From Hyalangium minutum (GTDB taxonomy: Bacteria > Myxococcota > Myxococcia > Myxococcales > Myxococcaceae): a stretch of DNA of 64,000 nt. Location: contig NZ_JMCB01000004.1 in the NCBI RefSeq assembly GCF_000737315.1, positions 372,001 through 436,000 on the forward strand, read 5' to 3'. Every line of letters starts with the position of its first letter. Position 1 is the first letter of the stretch. Of the stretch, positions 35,704 to 44,759 are shown one piece after another. A program made the translations under genes and the position numbers. The notes under the pieces are model-generated. The model made no database searches. It saw nothing but the letters and a program-made list of their open reading frames with translations, and was not told where the DNA came from.

Positions 35704-38700
35704 ATGAACGCGCTCGCCATGCCCATGGAGGTTCCCTCCGGCACGGTGGCCCTGGCCTTTACCGACATCCAGGGCTCCACCTTGCTGTGGGAGCGCTGCA
35801 GTGCGGGCATGCGGACCGCGCTGGAACTCCATGATCGGATCCTGCGCGCGCTGCTGTCGTCCATGGGTGGTTACGAGGTGAAGACGCAGGGCGACTCCTT
35901 CATGGTGGCGTTCTCCACCGTGGAGGGGGCGGTGCGCTGGTGTCTGGAGGTGCAGGAGGCGCTGCTGAAGGCTCCGTGGCCGGCCGAGCTGCTCACCCAA
36001 CCCGAGGCCTCCGAGGTGCGAGGTCCGCAGGGGCCGCTGTACCGGGGCCTGCGTGTGCGCATGGGCGTGCACGTGGGCGAGCCCGAGCTGCGCGTGGATT
36101 CGCGCACGGGCCAGGTCGACTACGTGGGCCGCATGGTGAATGTGGCGGCCCGTGTGGCGGATGCAGGCCATGGCGGGCAATTGCTGCTGAGCGGCGCGGC
36201 GTGGGCGCACGTGGTGGGCTTGCTGGAGAGCTTGGGACGGCCCTCGGTGCGCATGCTGGGGAGCTTCCGCCTGAAGGGGATCTCCGAGCCTGTTCCGCTG
36301 CTGGAGCTGTTGCCCGCGTCGCTGTCGGGCCGGCGGTTCGACTCTCTGCGGGTGCGCGAGGAGCGCCGCGGCAACCTGCCCGAGCAGCCGGGCGACATCA
36401 TCGGCCGCGAGGAGGAACTGGGGACGCTGCGTCTATGGCTCTCGGAGGGAGCGAGGCTGATCACCATCCTGGGGCCGGGGGGCATGGGGAAGACCCGGCT
36501 CGTGACCCACTTCGGCAGCCTGGCGCTGGCCACGCGCGCGTGGGAGGGCGGCGTCTGGTGGTGCGATCTCACCGAGGCCAAGACGACCGAGGACATCTGT
36601 CATGTCGTTGGCCAAGCGCTCGGGGTGCACCTGCAGGGCGGCGTGGGCGCGGATCTGGTGGGGCAGCTCGGCGGAGCGATGAGCGTCCGCGGGCCCGCGC
36701 TCGTCATCTTGGACAACCTGGAGCACCTGCTGCAGCACATGCCCTCCACGCTGCGGCGCTGGATCGTCTTGGCGCCGGAGGCTCGGTTTCTCGTCACCTC
36801 GCAGGAGTCGCTGCGCCTGGCGGGGGAGCGGATCCTGGATCTGGCGCCGCTGGGGTTGCCGGCCGAGGACGCGCAGTCGCTGGAGGCGATCTCCCGCTCG
36901 GAGGCGGTGCAGCTGTTCGTGCGGCGGGCCCGGGCGGCTCGCGGGGGCTTTGGGCTGACGGAGGCGGAGGCGCCGCTGGTGGCGGACATCGTCCGGCGGC
37001 TGGACGGAATTGCGCTGGCCATCGAACTGGCGGCGGCACGCACGTCGCTCTTGAGCGTGGGGCAGATCCGCGAGCGGCTGTCCCGGCGCTTCGAGTTGCT
37101 GCGCAGCGGGCAGCGGGACGCGGTGGCGCGGCAGGCGACGCTGCGAGGCGCCATCGACTGGTCATGGAACCTGCTGGATGTGACGGAGCAGGCGGTGTTG
37201 GCGCAGTGCTCGGTGTTCCGCGGGGGCTTCACCCTGGAGGCCGCCGAGGCGGTGCTGGTGCCCTCGCAGGGCGGGCCGGAGGTGCTGGAGATCGTCCAGG
37301 CACTGCGCTCCAAGTCGCTGCTGCGGGCGGGGGCCTCGGAGGGAGTGCCGGGCGAGCTGCGCCTGGGCATGTACGAGAGCATCCGCGAGTACGCCTCGGC
37401 GCGGCTGGCGGAGCAGGGCGAGGGCGCCGCGCTGGTGGTGCGGCACGCCGAGTACTCCCTGGGGTTGGCGCGGGAGCTGCGCGGTCCGGCACGCGGGGGA
37501 GGAGGGGAGGCGCTTCACCGGCTGATGGCGGAGCGGGAGAACCTGCTGGCCGCGTGTGATCATGCGCTCGCGTCGTGGCCTCCGACACCCGAGACGGTGA
37601 ACCGGGCGCTGGAGGCGCTGGTGGCGCTCGAGCCGGACATCGCCTCGCGGGGGCCGGTGGGCATCACGCTGCCCCGGCTGGATCGAGCGCTGGAGCAGGC
37701 GGCGACGCTCTCGGAAGACTCGCTGCTCCGGGCCGAGGCGCTGGCGGTGCGGGGCCGGGCGCAGTTGGAGACGGGCCAGCTCGCGGCGGCGCGGAGGGAC
37801 TTGGAGCACGCACGCACGTGCTTCCGGGCGCTGGGGGAGCGTGCGGGGGAGAAGCGGATCCTGGTCGATCTGTCGATCGTCGTCCGGCACGAGGGCGATG
37901 TGGAGGCGGCCTGGCGCTTCATCCAGGCGGCGCGGAGCTTGTCGGCGGAGGGGGATCGGTGGCTGGAGGCCTACACCGTGGGCAACGCGGGCATCATCGA
38001 GCAGGTGCGCAGCGGCCCGGGCGCGGCGATTCCGCACCTGCACGAGGCGCTGTCGTTGTTCCGAGCGGTGGGGGACCGGACCTTCGAGGTGCTCTTCCTG
38101 AACAACCTGGCGCTGGCGATTGGCGAGCGCGGAGGGACAGTGGAGGCGGTGGGCTTCCTGGAGGAGGCGCTGGCGAAGGCGCTGGGGGCGGGGAGCCGTG
38201 CGGGGCAGGCGTTCGCGCGGCTGAACCTGGGCTGCTTCCTGCTCGACGCGGATCGGACGGCGGAGGCGTGCGAGCACCTGGAGGCGGTCGTGAGCCTGGG
38301 GCGGCAGCTCGGCATGCGGATTGTGGAGGGGTGTGCCCGGGGAGAACTGGGCCGGGCCTGCATGGTGGCCGGCGCGTGGGAGAAGGCCGAGACGCACCTG
38401 AAGAACGCGACCTCCATTCTGGCGCAGGTGTCGCGGTGGCACGCGCTGCGGTTCTCGCTGCACCTGGCGGCGGTGCAGGCGCTGAGAGGTGAGCGGGCCG
38501 AGGCGCGGAGGAGCTTCGCGACGCTGGAGGCCGCGCTGGAGATCCAGAACGATCCGGTGCTGCGCGAGCTGGCGGCGCTGCTCTACGCGACCCTGGAGCT
38601 CGCCGAGGCGCGGGCCGCGGCGCCTGGAGGTGCGGAAGCAGCGCAGGGCAGGGCCGCGGTGCAGCGGCGGCTGGAGCGAGCGAGGGGAGGGCCCATGGAG

Positions 38701-38766
38701 GGCGCCTCGTCCGATCTTCGCGGCTGGCTGAGGCTGCTGGAGCGGGACCTGCGCGCCTGGGCCTAG
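35704..38766 (+). CDS. Class III adenylate cyclase - STAND NTPase - winged helix - TPR protein
   Basis: FTDIQGS, VKTQGDSF, DYVG..VNVAAR (both metal Asp, K/D adenine selectors, N..R); GPGGMGKT, ILDNLEH, LDGIALAIELAA; TPR-like helices; ORF open from TTG 35692. Confidence 0.92.
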   Translation: MNALAMPMEVPSGTVALAFTDIQGSTLLWERCSAGMRTALELHDRILRALLSSMGGYEVKTQGDSFMVAFSTVEGAVRWCLEVQEALLKAPWPAELLTQPEASEVRGPQGPLYRGLRVRMGVHVGEPELRVDSRTGQVDYVGRMVNVAARVADAGHGGQLLLSGAAWAHVVGLLESLGRPSVRMLGSFRLKGISEPVPLLELLPASLSGRRFDSLRVREERRGNLPEQPGDIIGREEELGTLRLWLSEGARLITILGPGGMGKTRLVTHFGSLALATRAWEGGVWWCDLTEAKTTEDICHVVGQALGVHLQGGVGADLVGQLGGAMSVRGPALVILDNLEHLLQHMPSTLRRWIVLAPEARFLVTSQESLRLAGERILDLAPLGLPAEDAQSLEAISRSEAVQLFVRRARAARGGFGLTEAEAPLVADIVRRLDGIALAIELAAARTSLLSVGQIRERLSRRFELLRSGQRDAVARQATLRGAIDWSWNLLDVTEQAVLAQCSVFRGGFTLEAAEAVLVPSQGGPEVLEIVQALRSKSLLRAGASEGVPGELRLGMYESIREYASARLAEQGEGAALVVRHAEYSLGLARELRGPARGGGGEALHRLMAERENLLAACDHALASWPPTPETVNRALEALVALEPDIASRGPVGITLPRLDRALEQAATLSEDSLLRAEALAVRGRAQLETGQLAAARRDLEHARTCFRALGERAGEKRILVDLSIVVRHEGDVEAAWRFIQAARSLSAEGDRWLEAYTVGNAGIIEQVRSGPGAAIPHLHEALSLFRAVGDRTFEVLFLNNLALAIGERGGTVEAVGFLEEALAKALGAGSRAGQAFARLNLGCFLLDADRTAEACEHLEAVVSLGRQLGMRIVEGCARGELGRACMVAGAWEKAETHLKNATSILAQVSRWHALRFSLHLAAVQALRGERAEARRSFATLEAALEIQNDPVLRELAALLYATLELAEARAAAPGGAEAAQGRAAVQRRLERARGGPMEGASSDLRGWLRLLERDLRAWA

Positions 38767-40007
38767 GGGGCGGTGCCGTGAGCGTGGCGCGCCATGAACG
38801 CCGCGCAGGTCTCCGGAGTGGCGAAGGCGGCCAGCGCGTTCTCCGGGACAATCATGGTCTCGAGAACCGCGTTGGCGAGCGCTGGGTTCTGACTGGCGGC
38901 GGCGAAGACCTGGGCCATGTGCGGAGGGGTGGGCTGCAGCAGAGCGTTGTTCCAGTACGTCGTCGCTCGGACGGTCTCCCAGGTTCGCTCCTCCGCCCGC
39001 TGGCAGAAGGCCTCATCGAAGGACTGGCCGGACTCCACGGCTTCGCGAAGGGTCTCGGCGAGGATCCAGGCGCAAGCCGATGCCGCGTTGGCGCCCATGC
39101 CCGAGAGCGGATCGTGGAGCACGTGAGCGTCTCCGAGGGCCACGACACAGCGACCGTTGCTCAGCCGTGTGTACCCGCGGCGCACTACCGGCGTCACTCG
39201 CCCCTGAACCCAATCGAGCGGCCCCGCCAGCAGGAAGGCATCCGGATCCAGGCGCGCGAAGGTGGCGGGGGCATGCTCCCGCAGCAGCTCCAGGAACAAG
39301 GCCGAGAAGCCGCGCGGATCCTCGTTGGGATTCCGGGAGGTGATCACCTCGAGGGCCCCGCCGGGGACGGCCTCGAGGAACAGGCTCCCGATGAAGCCCT
39401 GCGTGGAGACCATCCGGCCCTCGGCGACCTCGCCGTGGCCCGGGGCGATGGTGAACTGAAACCCGAGCGGCTCGGGGGGGCGCATGCCGTGGAACAGGCC
39501 CCCGAACAGCAGGCGTGCGGGCTGAGTGTGCGGCGAGTGCTCGGGCACGCGGGGGAACAGGTGGCCCAGACCCGCGCGCCCCGTGGCCACCACCACCAGC
39601 TCATGCCGCTGGGTGATCTCCTCCAGCCCCGCCGCATCCACCGCGGCGACGTGAAGCGAGCCGCCTCGCGCCACGAAGTTCTCGGCGAGCCGGGGCTGGT
39701 AGACGCGGTAGTCCATGAACTGGGAGGGAGCCACGAGCTTTCCCTGGAAGCCAACCCCCTGGGGGCCGCTGATGGCGAAGTTGAAGGTGAACTGGACGAG
39801 CTCCGGAGAGTCCCAGTGATTGACTCCCAGCAGGCGCTCCCGCTCTCGCGTGGGAGCATGGTGGGCCACCGTGTTGGGCAGGCGCGCCGAGCGCAGCTCC
39901 GCGGGAGCCCGCTCGGTGTAGATCGTCGCGGGGATGCCGAGCTGCTGCAGGCGCAAGCCCAGGTGCAAGCCGGCGGTACCGGCGCCAATGATGCCAATGC
40001 GGGTCAT
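38763..40007 (-). CDS. Styrene/indole monooxygenase-family flavoprotein (StyA-like oxygenase subunit)
   Basis: IGIIGAGTAG, RLPNTVAHH, LVVVATG, ALGDAHVLHDPLSGMGAN. Confidence 0.85.
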   Translation of the reverse strand: MTRIGIIGAGTAGLHLGLRLQQLGIPATIYTERAPAELRSARLPNTVAHHAPTRERERLLGVNHWDSPELVQFTFNFAISGPQGVGFQGKLVAPSQFMDYRVYQPRLAENFVARGGSLHVAAVDAAGLEEITQRHELVVVATGRAGLGHLFPRVPEHSPHTQPARLLFGGLFHGMRPPEPLGFQFTIAPGHGEVAEGRMVSTQGFIGSLFLEAVPGGALEVITSRNPNEDPRGFSALFLELLREHAPATFARLDPDAFLLAGPLDWVQGRVTPVVRRGYTRLSNGRCVVALGDAHVLHDPLSGMGANAASACAWILAETLREAVESGQSFDEAFCQRAEERTWETVRATTYWNNALLQPTPPHMAQVFAAASQNPALANAVLETMIVPENALAAFATPETCAAFMARHAHGTAP

Positions 40008-40210
40008 GGGTCTCTTCTCCGAGGAAGGGAGCTTGGGTCCGCAGTGGTAGCACGAGGGGCCCACAGCCACTGTGAGGGGGGAGGCTGGGGGCGCACGACA
40101 TCTGGGCCTATTCACCCCTGCTCAACACCCTCTAAGGGAGGAACTTGATCGGCACTGCAAGTCCCTCATAGCGTCGCTCGCCAGAGCATGACGTCGTTCA
40201 TTCCAGCAAC

Positions 40211-40907
40211 GTGGCTTGCGGTGAGTCCCACCCTCGAACAGGGAGGAGATCGGGTTGTGGCAGCCTTCGGCTGTTTCTCTGGTCTGTCGTGTCGTTGGGA
40301 GGCCTTGCTTGTGCCGCGCAGCAGCAGACCGGCGCGCCTATGAAAACGAGCCGTTTCTTTCCTGCCAACGAGACTCACTGGTGTGAGATCTCGGCCTCTC
40401 ATGAATGTATTGTGAAGGCGGTGGTTCACGAGGTGGCGCATTCTTGCTCAAAGTGAGCAGTCTCTAGGACGCGCCACCTTGGAGTTTCAGGATGCTCGCT
40501 ATGATGGGGAATCGTTATCGGGACGGCTCCTTCTGGGGGCTGAGTCAGGCGTTGTGCGCTTGGACAAGCGTCTCATCCCGCGAGCAGACATCCACGTGAA
40601 TGCCATTGTCGACTGCAGCTCGGGCGAACCTCTCTCGTTCATCATGGCCGATGCCATTCCTGCAGCGGCTCATGAAGAAGACCTCCTGCTGCTGGCTCCT
40701 GGGTACTGGTACGGAAGCACGATTCGCTTCAAGCTCTTCAGCGAGCGGTTCACAGGGCTTGGGCCCGAGTGCATCGAAGCGGAGCTCACGGTCTTTTCAT
40801 TCGAGGGCAAGCCTCTTGCGAGCACACGTGTACGTGCCGAGCGGCCTGCAGCGAATGGAGGGGGGCTGGACGGGTTGACTGCCCCTGCAGACGCTGGAAC
40901 TCCCTAG
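40211..40907 (+). pseudogene. Frameshifted myxobacterial lipoprotein
   Basis: Frame A (40211-40456) carries LGGLA-C lipobox and stops at TGA 40454; the next frame continues EQSLGRATLEFQDARYDGESLSGRLLL...PGYWYG...GPECIEAEL to TAG 40907 without its own signal or RBS. Confidence 0.55.
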
Positions 40908-40911
40908 GTTA

Positions 40912-42225
40912 TCAGTCATAAGGGATCCGGAGGTTCCAAAGGAGGATCTCTTCCTGTCCCAGGGGGCGATGCAAGCAGCGCAGCGGGCCATCCTGTGAGG
41001 CCACAAAAACCAATCCGCCCTGGTGCTTGTTGGCGAAGTACGCAGCGGCTCGGTGCCGGGATCCATGCTGATTGATGGCATAGCGTGCACCGGGGGTCCC
41101 CTGGAGCGTTTCGGCCTCGTAGACCGCAAGCTTTTCCTCTCCTTGGGTCGAGATAGGGTAGCCCGCGCAGACAACTTCGAGGTTGGGGCCAAGCAAGAGC
41201 GCGTTGTCCACGGCCGTGAGTTGGCCGATGGTGTCCACAAGGGCGTCGAGTTCTTCTTTGTCGTGCTCCCTGTCTTGGTGAGCTATTGCCTTGTCGAGCA
41301 CCTCTTCGTCTGACTCTGGTGTGCTCGCTGTCGTTCGCTTCCAGAGAAGATCCTGATAGATGCTCTCTGATGAGACGTACTCTTTCAGCCTGGTCCGCAA
41401 GACAGTCCCAGCGCTTTGTGGCAGCCTGTACTTGCCTTCGGGTCTGAACTTTTCGATTTGGCTGGTATCCGGAAGAATGGCAATTAGCCCGCCATGCCGC
41501 ATTTCTCCCATTCGCCAGACGAGTTTGTAGAAGATCTGAGAAATGTGCCAATTCTTTGTGCCTGACAGGCCCAACAGAGGTTCTGCCAGTTCGTCCCTGA
41601 GTGACGCGCATATCCGCATGAGTACGGCGTTGACCATGCTGCTTGTATTAAACAGGAGGACGTCGAGTCGCACTCTGCGCGCCGGAGAGAGAATGCGACC
41701 CTGCTCGTAACGAAAAACCTCTTCCCCATTGATGCTCAATATGAGGTAGCCAGGCTCGGGTGCGTGAAATACAAGCACGTCGTTTTCGTTGGTCTCGTAG
41801 AGGTGCTCGTATTCAACTCTGCGAGCAAGGCCTTGGATGATGACTTGTCCATCTTGAAGCCCCACAACGACAGATGTGCGTGGGAGATTCGCAATGGGGG
41901 CGATCTTGATGAGGGCCTTGACGCTGAGGCTTGTTATGTCGGGTTCATGCTCAAAAGGGATGATTTCCCAAGCGCGTCGGTCGGAATGGGCGCTGCCGAC
42001 GAGGACGTGCTCACGAATGTCTTCGAGTCCAGCAATGCCGCGCGGGTGATAGACCAGACGGACACGTGTGATGTCTCCTTCTTCTTTGCCAAGGCTGGCA
42101 AAGAAGAGCGTGTCTGCGAGGGTCGCGAGCAGGTTGAGATGCTCTTCGGGGAGGGTCACTCCCCGTTCTTTTTGCAGCCAGTCCCGGAGGGCACTCCCCG
42201 GATACAGCAAAGAGCCTTCACTCAT
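40912..42225 (-). CDS. Diadenylate cyclase (DisA_N/DAC)-like protein with N-terminal putative sensor region (DACNV-like)
   Basis: C-terminal TAVDNALLL (DGA-motif position), GSRHRAA (RHR motif), VASQDG; N-terminal LFFASLGKEEG, APEPGYLIL, RHGGLIAILP resemble the DACNV family as I recall it. Confidence 0.75.
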   Translation of the reverse strand: MSEGSLLYPGSALRDWLQKERGVTLPEEHLNLLATLADTLFFASLGKEEGDITRVRLVYHPRGIAGLEDIREHVLVGSAHSDRRAWEIIPFEHEPDITSLSVKALIKIAPIANLPRTSVVVGLQDGQVIIQGLARRVEYEHLYETNENDVLVFHAPEPGYLILSINGEEVFRYEQGRILSPARRVRLDVLLFNTSSMVNAVLMRICASLRDELAEPLLGLSGTKNWHISQIFYKLVWRMGEMRHGGLIAILPDTSQIEKFRPEGKYRLPQSAGTVLRTRLKEYVSSESIYQDLLWKRTTASTPESDEEVLDKAIAHQDREHDKEELDALVDTIGQLTAVDNALLLGPNLEVVCAGYPISTQGEEKLAVYEAETLQGTPGARYAINQHGSRHRAAAYFANKHQGGLVFVASQDGPLRCLHRPLGQEEILLWNLRIPYD

Positions 42226-42287
42226 CTTGCTGAACCTCTGAGACAGGCCTGGGCGAAACGCCTACCGACGACGCGGTTTTCCTACCC

Positions 42288-44687
42288 CTACGCCCTCAGG
42301 GCCACCACGGTGACGCCGTCGCCGCCTTCGTGGCTCTCGCCCGGGCGGAACATGCGGATGTACGGCGAGTTGGCCAGGTAGTCCCGGAGGGCCTGCTTGA
42401 GCGCTCCCGTCCCGTGGCCGTGGATGATGAGCGCCGCCTCCTCGCCCGAGCGCATGCCCTGGTCGAGGAACTGCTCTACCTCCGCCAGGGCATCGTCCGC
42501 GCGCATGCCGCGCACGTCGCAGCGGAAGTTCGTCGCCTGCACCTCCGCGGGCGCCGCCGCCGAGGCCTTCTTCATCGCCGCTTCCTGCTTGTTGCGCTCT
42601 GGGAAGCGCATCTGCGGCTTCGCCGTCCGCGAGCCCGACAGCTCCGACACCGGCACGCGCATCTTGATCACCCCGGCTGCCACCAGCGCTTCGTTGCTGT
42701 GCAGCTCCAGGATCTCCACGTCCTTGTCGAGCCCCGAGTGCCGCACCCACGCGCCCACCTTGAGCGTCGGCGGCTGGGGCGCCTCCACCTTATAGAGCTC
42801 GGCGCGCGCCTCCTTGGCCCGCTTCGCTGCATCTTCGGCCCGCTGCACCAGCGCCGCCCGTGCCTCCTGCGCCGCCTTCTCGTTGGTCTGCGCGCGCAGC
42901 GTCTGCAGCAGCGCCCGGACCTCCGCCGCCGCGTGCTCGCTCGCCGCTGCGACGTCCTCGTTGAAGCGCATCATCTTCTCTTTGCGTTCGCGCTCGAAGG
43001 CCTGCTTCTGCGCCTCCAGATCCTTGCGGAGCTTCTCCGCCGCGGCCGCGGCCTCTCGCGCCTTATCCAGCTCCTCGGACAGCTTCCGCCGCTCCTCCTC
43101 GGCCGCTGCCAGCGCCTTGGTCAGCGGGCCTCCGGCGTTCATCGCCAGGTCGCGTGCGCGCTGACAGATGCGCTCCGGCAGGCCCATGCGCGCCGCCATC
43201 TCGATGGCCGACGAGGCTCCCGCCGCGCCCAGCTGCAGCCGGTACGTGGGCGCCATCCGCTTCGCATCGAAGCCCACGCGCGCGTTGAGGAAGCGCTTGT
43301 CCATGTGGGCCAGCGCCTTGAGCTCCTCCAGGTGCGTCGTCACCAGCACCACGGCGCCCTTCTCCAGCAGCTCCTCCAGCACGGCGATGGCGATCGCCGC
43401 ACCCTCGCGCGGATCCGTGTCCGCGGCGATCTCGTCGATCAGCACCAGTGAGCCCGGGCCCACCTTCGCCGCGATGTCCCGCAGCATCACCACGTGCGCG
43501 CTGAACGTGGACAGACCCTGGGACAAGTCCTGCGCGTCGCCCACCGTCGAGTTCACCGAGCGGTAGAGCGGCATCTTCGAGCCCTGCTCCACGGGAATGG
43601 GCAGGCCGCAGCGCAGCATCAGCGAGCACAGGCCCACCGCCGTCAGCGTCACCGTCTTACCGCCCGCGTTCGGACCGGACACCACCAGCGCCCGTGCCTC
43701 GCCCGAGAGGAACACGTCGTTGGGCACCACGTCCGTGCCCCTGATCGCCAGCAGCGGGTGCCGCAGCAGCTTCAGCGTCAGCTCGTCCACGCCCTTGAAG
43801 GCGGGCGAGTGCGCGTCCAGGTCCGCCGCCAGCAGCGCCGCCGCCTCGGCCTCGTCCAGCTCCGCCACCGCCGTCAGCCCCTCCAGCACCCGGTGGGATT
43901 CCTTCCCGAGCTGGTTGGACAGGTCCTGCAGGATCCGGCGCTCCTCCTCGGCCACCTCGGACTGGGCGATGGCCAGGTCGTTGCCCATGTTCACCATCGC
44001 CTGGGGCTCGATGAAGAGCGTCTGCCCCGTCTGGCTGGCGTTGTGGACGATGCCGGGCACCTCGCCTCGGAAGTTGGACACCACCGGCACCACGTACCGG
44101 CCGTTGCGCAGCGTGTAGTAGTTCTCGCGCAGCTTGGGGATGAAGTTCTCGTCGTGGAGCATCTCATCCAGCTTGCTCTTGATGCGCCGGTGCAGCCCGT
44201 TGGAGCGATCCCGCGCCTCTTTCAGCTCGGGGCTGGCCCGGTCCGAGATCGTCCCGTCCGGCTCGAAGCAGCGATCGATGCGAGACGCGAGCGCCTCCAG
44301 CATCGGCAGCCGGCGGCTCAGCGTCGCCAGCATGGGGACCGACTCCTCGCGCTCCTCCAGGGCCTCGCGGGTGCGGGCGAACGCATAGAGCAGCTGCGCG
44401 GAGGCGATGAGATCCCGGGGCTCCAGCATGCCGCCCTTGGAGGACCGGTTCACCGCGTCTCTCAGGTCACTCACCCCACCCAGGGGGAGCGAGAACTGCT
44501 CCTGAGAGAGCAGCCGGGCCTCGGCCACCAGAGAGAGGGCGTCACTCACTTGGTCTTCGGTGTCCAGGAAGGGGCGGGCCGACGCGCGCTCTTTGCCGGG
44601 AGCGGTGCGGCAGCGGTGGGCCAGCGCGCGGAGCACTTCCGCGAAGCCGAGGTCCTCGAGGGTTCGTTGGGCGATCTGCACGGACAT
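42288..44687 (-). CDS. mutS2: MutS2 family protein (MutS ATPase plus Smr domain)
   Basis: SQTGQTLFIEP, SGPNAGGKT, STFSAH, VLIDEI..DTDPREG, TTH, Smr DVRGMRADDA..IIHGHGTG.L. Confidence 0.95.
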   Translation of the reverse strand: MSVQIAQRTLEDLGFAEVLRALAHRCRTAPGKERASARPFLDTEDQVSDALSLVAEARLLSQEQFSLPLGGVSDLRDAVNRSSKGGMLEPRDLIASAQLLYAFARTREALEEREESVPMLATLSRRLPMLEALASRIDRCFEPDGTISDRASPELKEARDRSNGLHRRIKSKLDEMLHDENFIPKLRENYYTLRNGRYVVPVVSNFRGEVPGIVHNASQTGQTLFIEPQAMVNMGNDLAIAQSEVAEEERRILQDLSNQLGKESHRVLEGLTAVAELDEAEAAALLAADLDAHSPAFKGVDELTLKLLRHPLLAIRGTDVVPNDVFLSGEARALVVSGPNAGGKTVTLTAVGLCSLMLRCGLPIPVEQGSKMPLYRSVNSTVGDAQDLSQGLSTFSAHVVMLRDIAAKVGPGSLVLIDEIAADTDPREGAAIAIAVLEELLEKGAVVLVTTHLEELKALAHMDKRFLNARVGFDAKRMAPTYRLQLGAAGASSAIEMAARMGLPERICQRARDLAMNAGGPLTKALAAAEEERRKLSEELDKAREAAAAAEKLRKDLEAQKQAFERERKEKMMRFNEDVAAASEHAAAEVRALLQTLRAQTNEKAAQEARAALVQRAEDAAKRAKEARAELYKVEAPQPPTLKVGAWVRHSGLDKDVEILELHSNEALVAAGVIKMRVPVSELSGSRTAKPQMRFPERNKQEAAMKKASAAAPAEVQATNFRCDVRGMRADDALAEVEQFLDQGMRSGEEAALIIHGHGTGALKQALRDYLANSPYIRMFRPGESHEGGDGVTVVALRA

Positions 44688-44759
44688 GGTTTCATGCCTG
44701 GCCCTAGGGGCCGTCAAGGGATCATTGAGGGGGAACGCCGCCTCTGTTATCAGCGCTCC

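Larger units (their letters stand above)
40140..42280. other. Low-GC accessory insertion between the styA-like gene and mutS2
   Basis: By hand count 28/60 GC at 41521-41580 and 33/60 at 41881-41940, vs 45/60 at 36961-37020; many A/T-ending codons; boundaries approximate; no integrase or TSD seen. Confidence 0.7.

Noticed and set aside
35464-36210. Extension of the GLSxN lipoprotein ORF to 551 aa
   Set aside because: Upstream part is antisense to the cyclase gene; RBS and signal peptide start at 35463/35466.
41764-42381. 205-aa plus-strand ORF in the low-GC islet
   Set aside because: Antisense to the motif-bearing DAC-like gene; no recognisable features.
43494-44759. N-terminal 420 aa of the 654-aa TPR ORF
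   Set aside because: Antisense to mutS2; the real protein starts near 44760.
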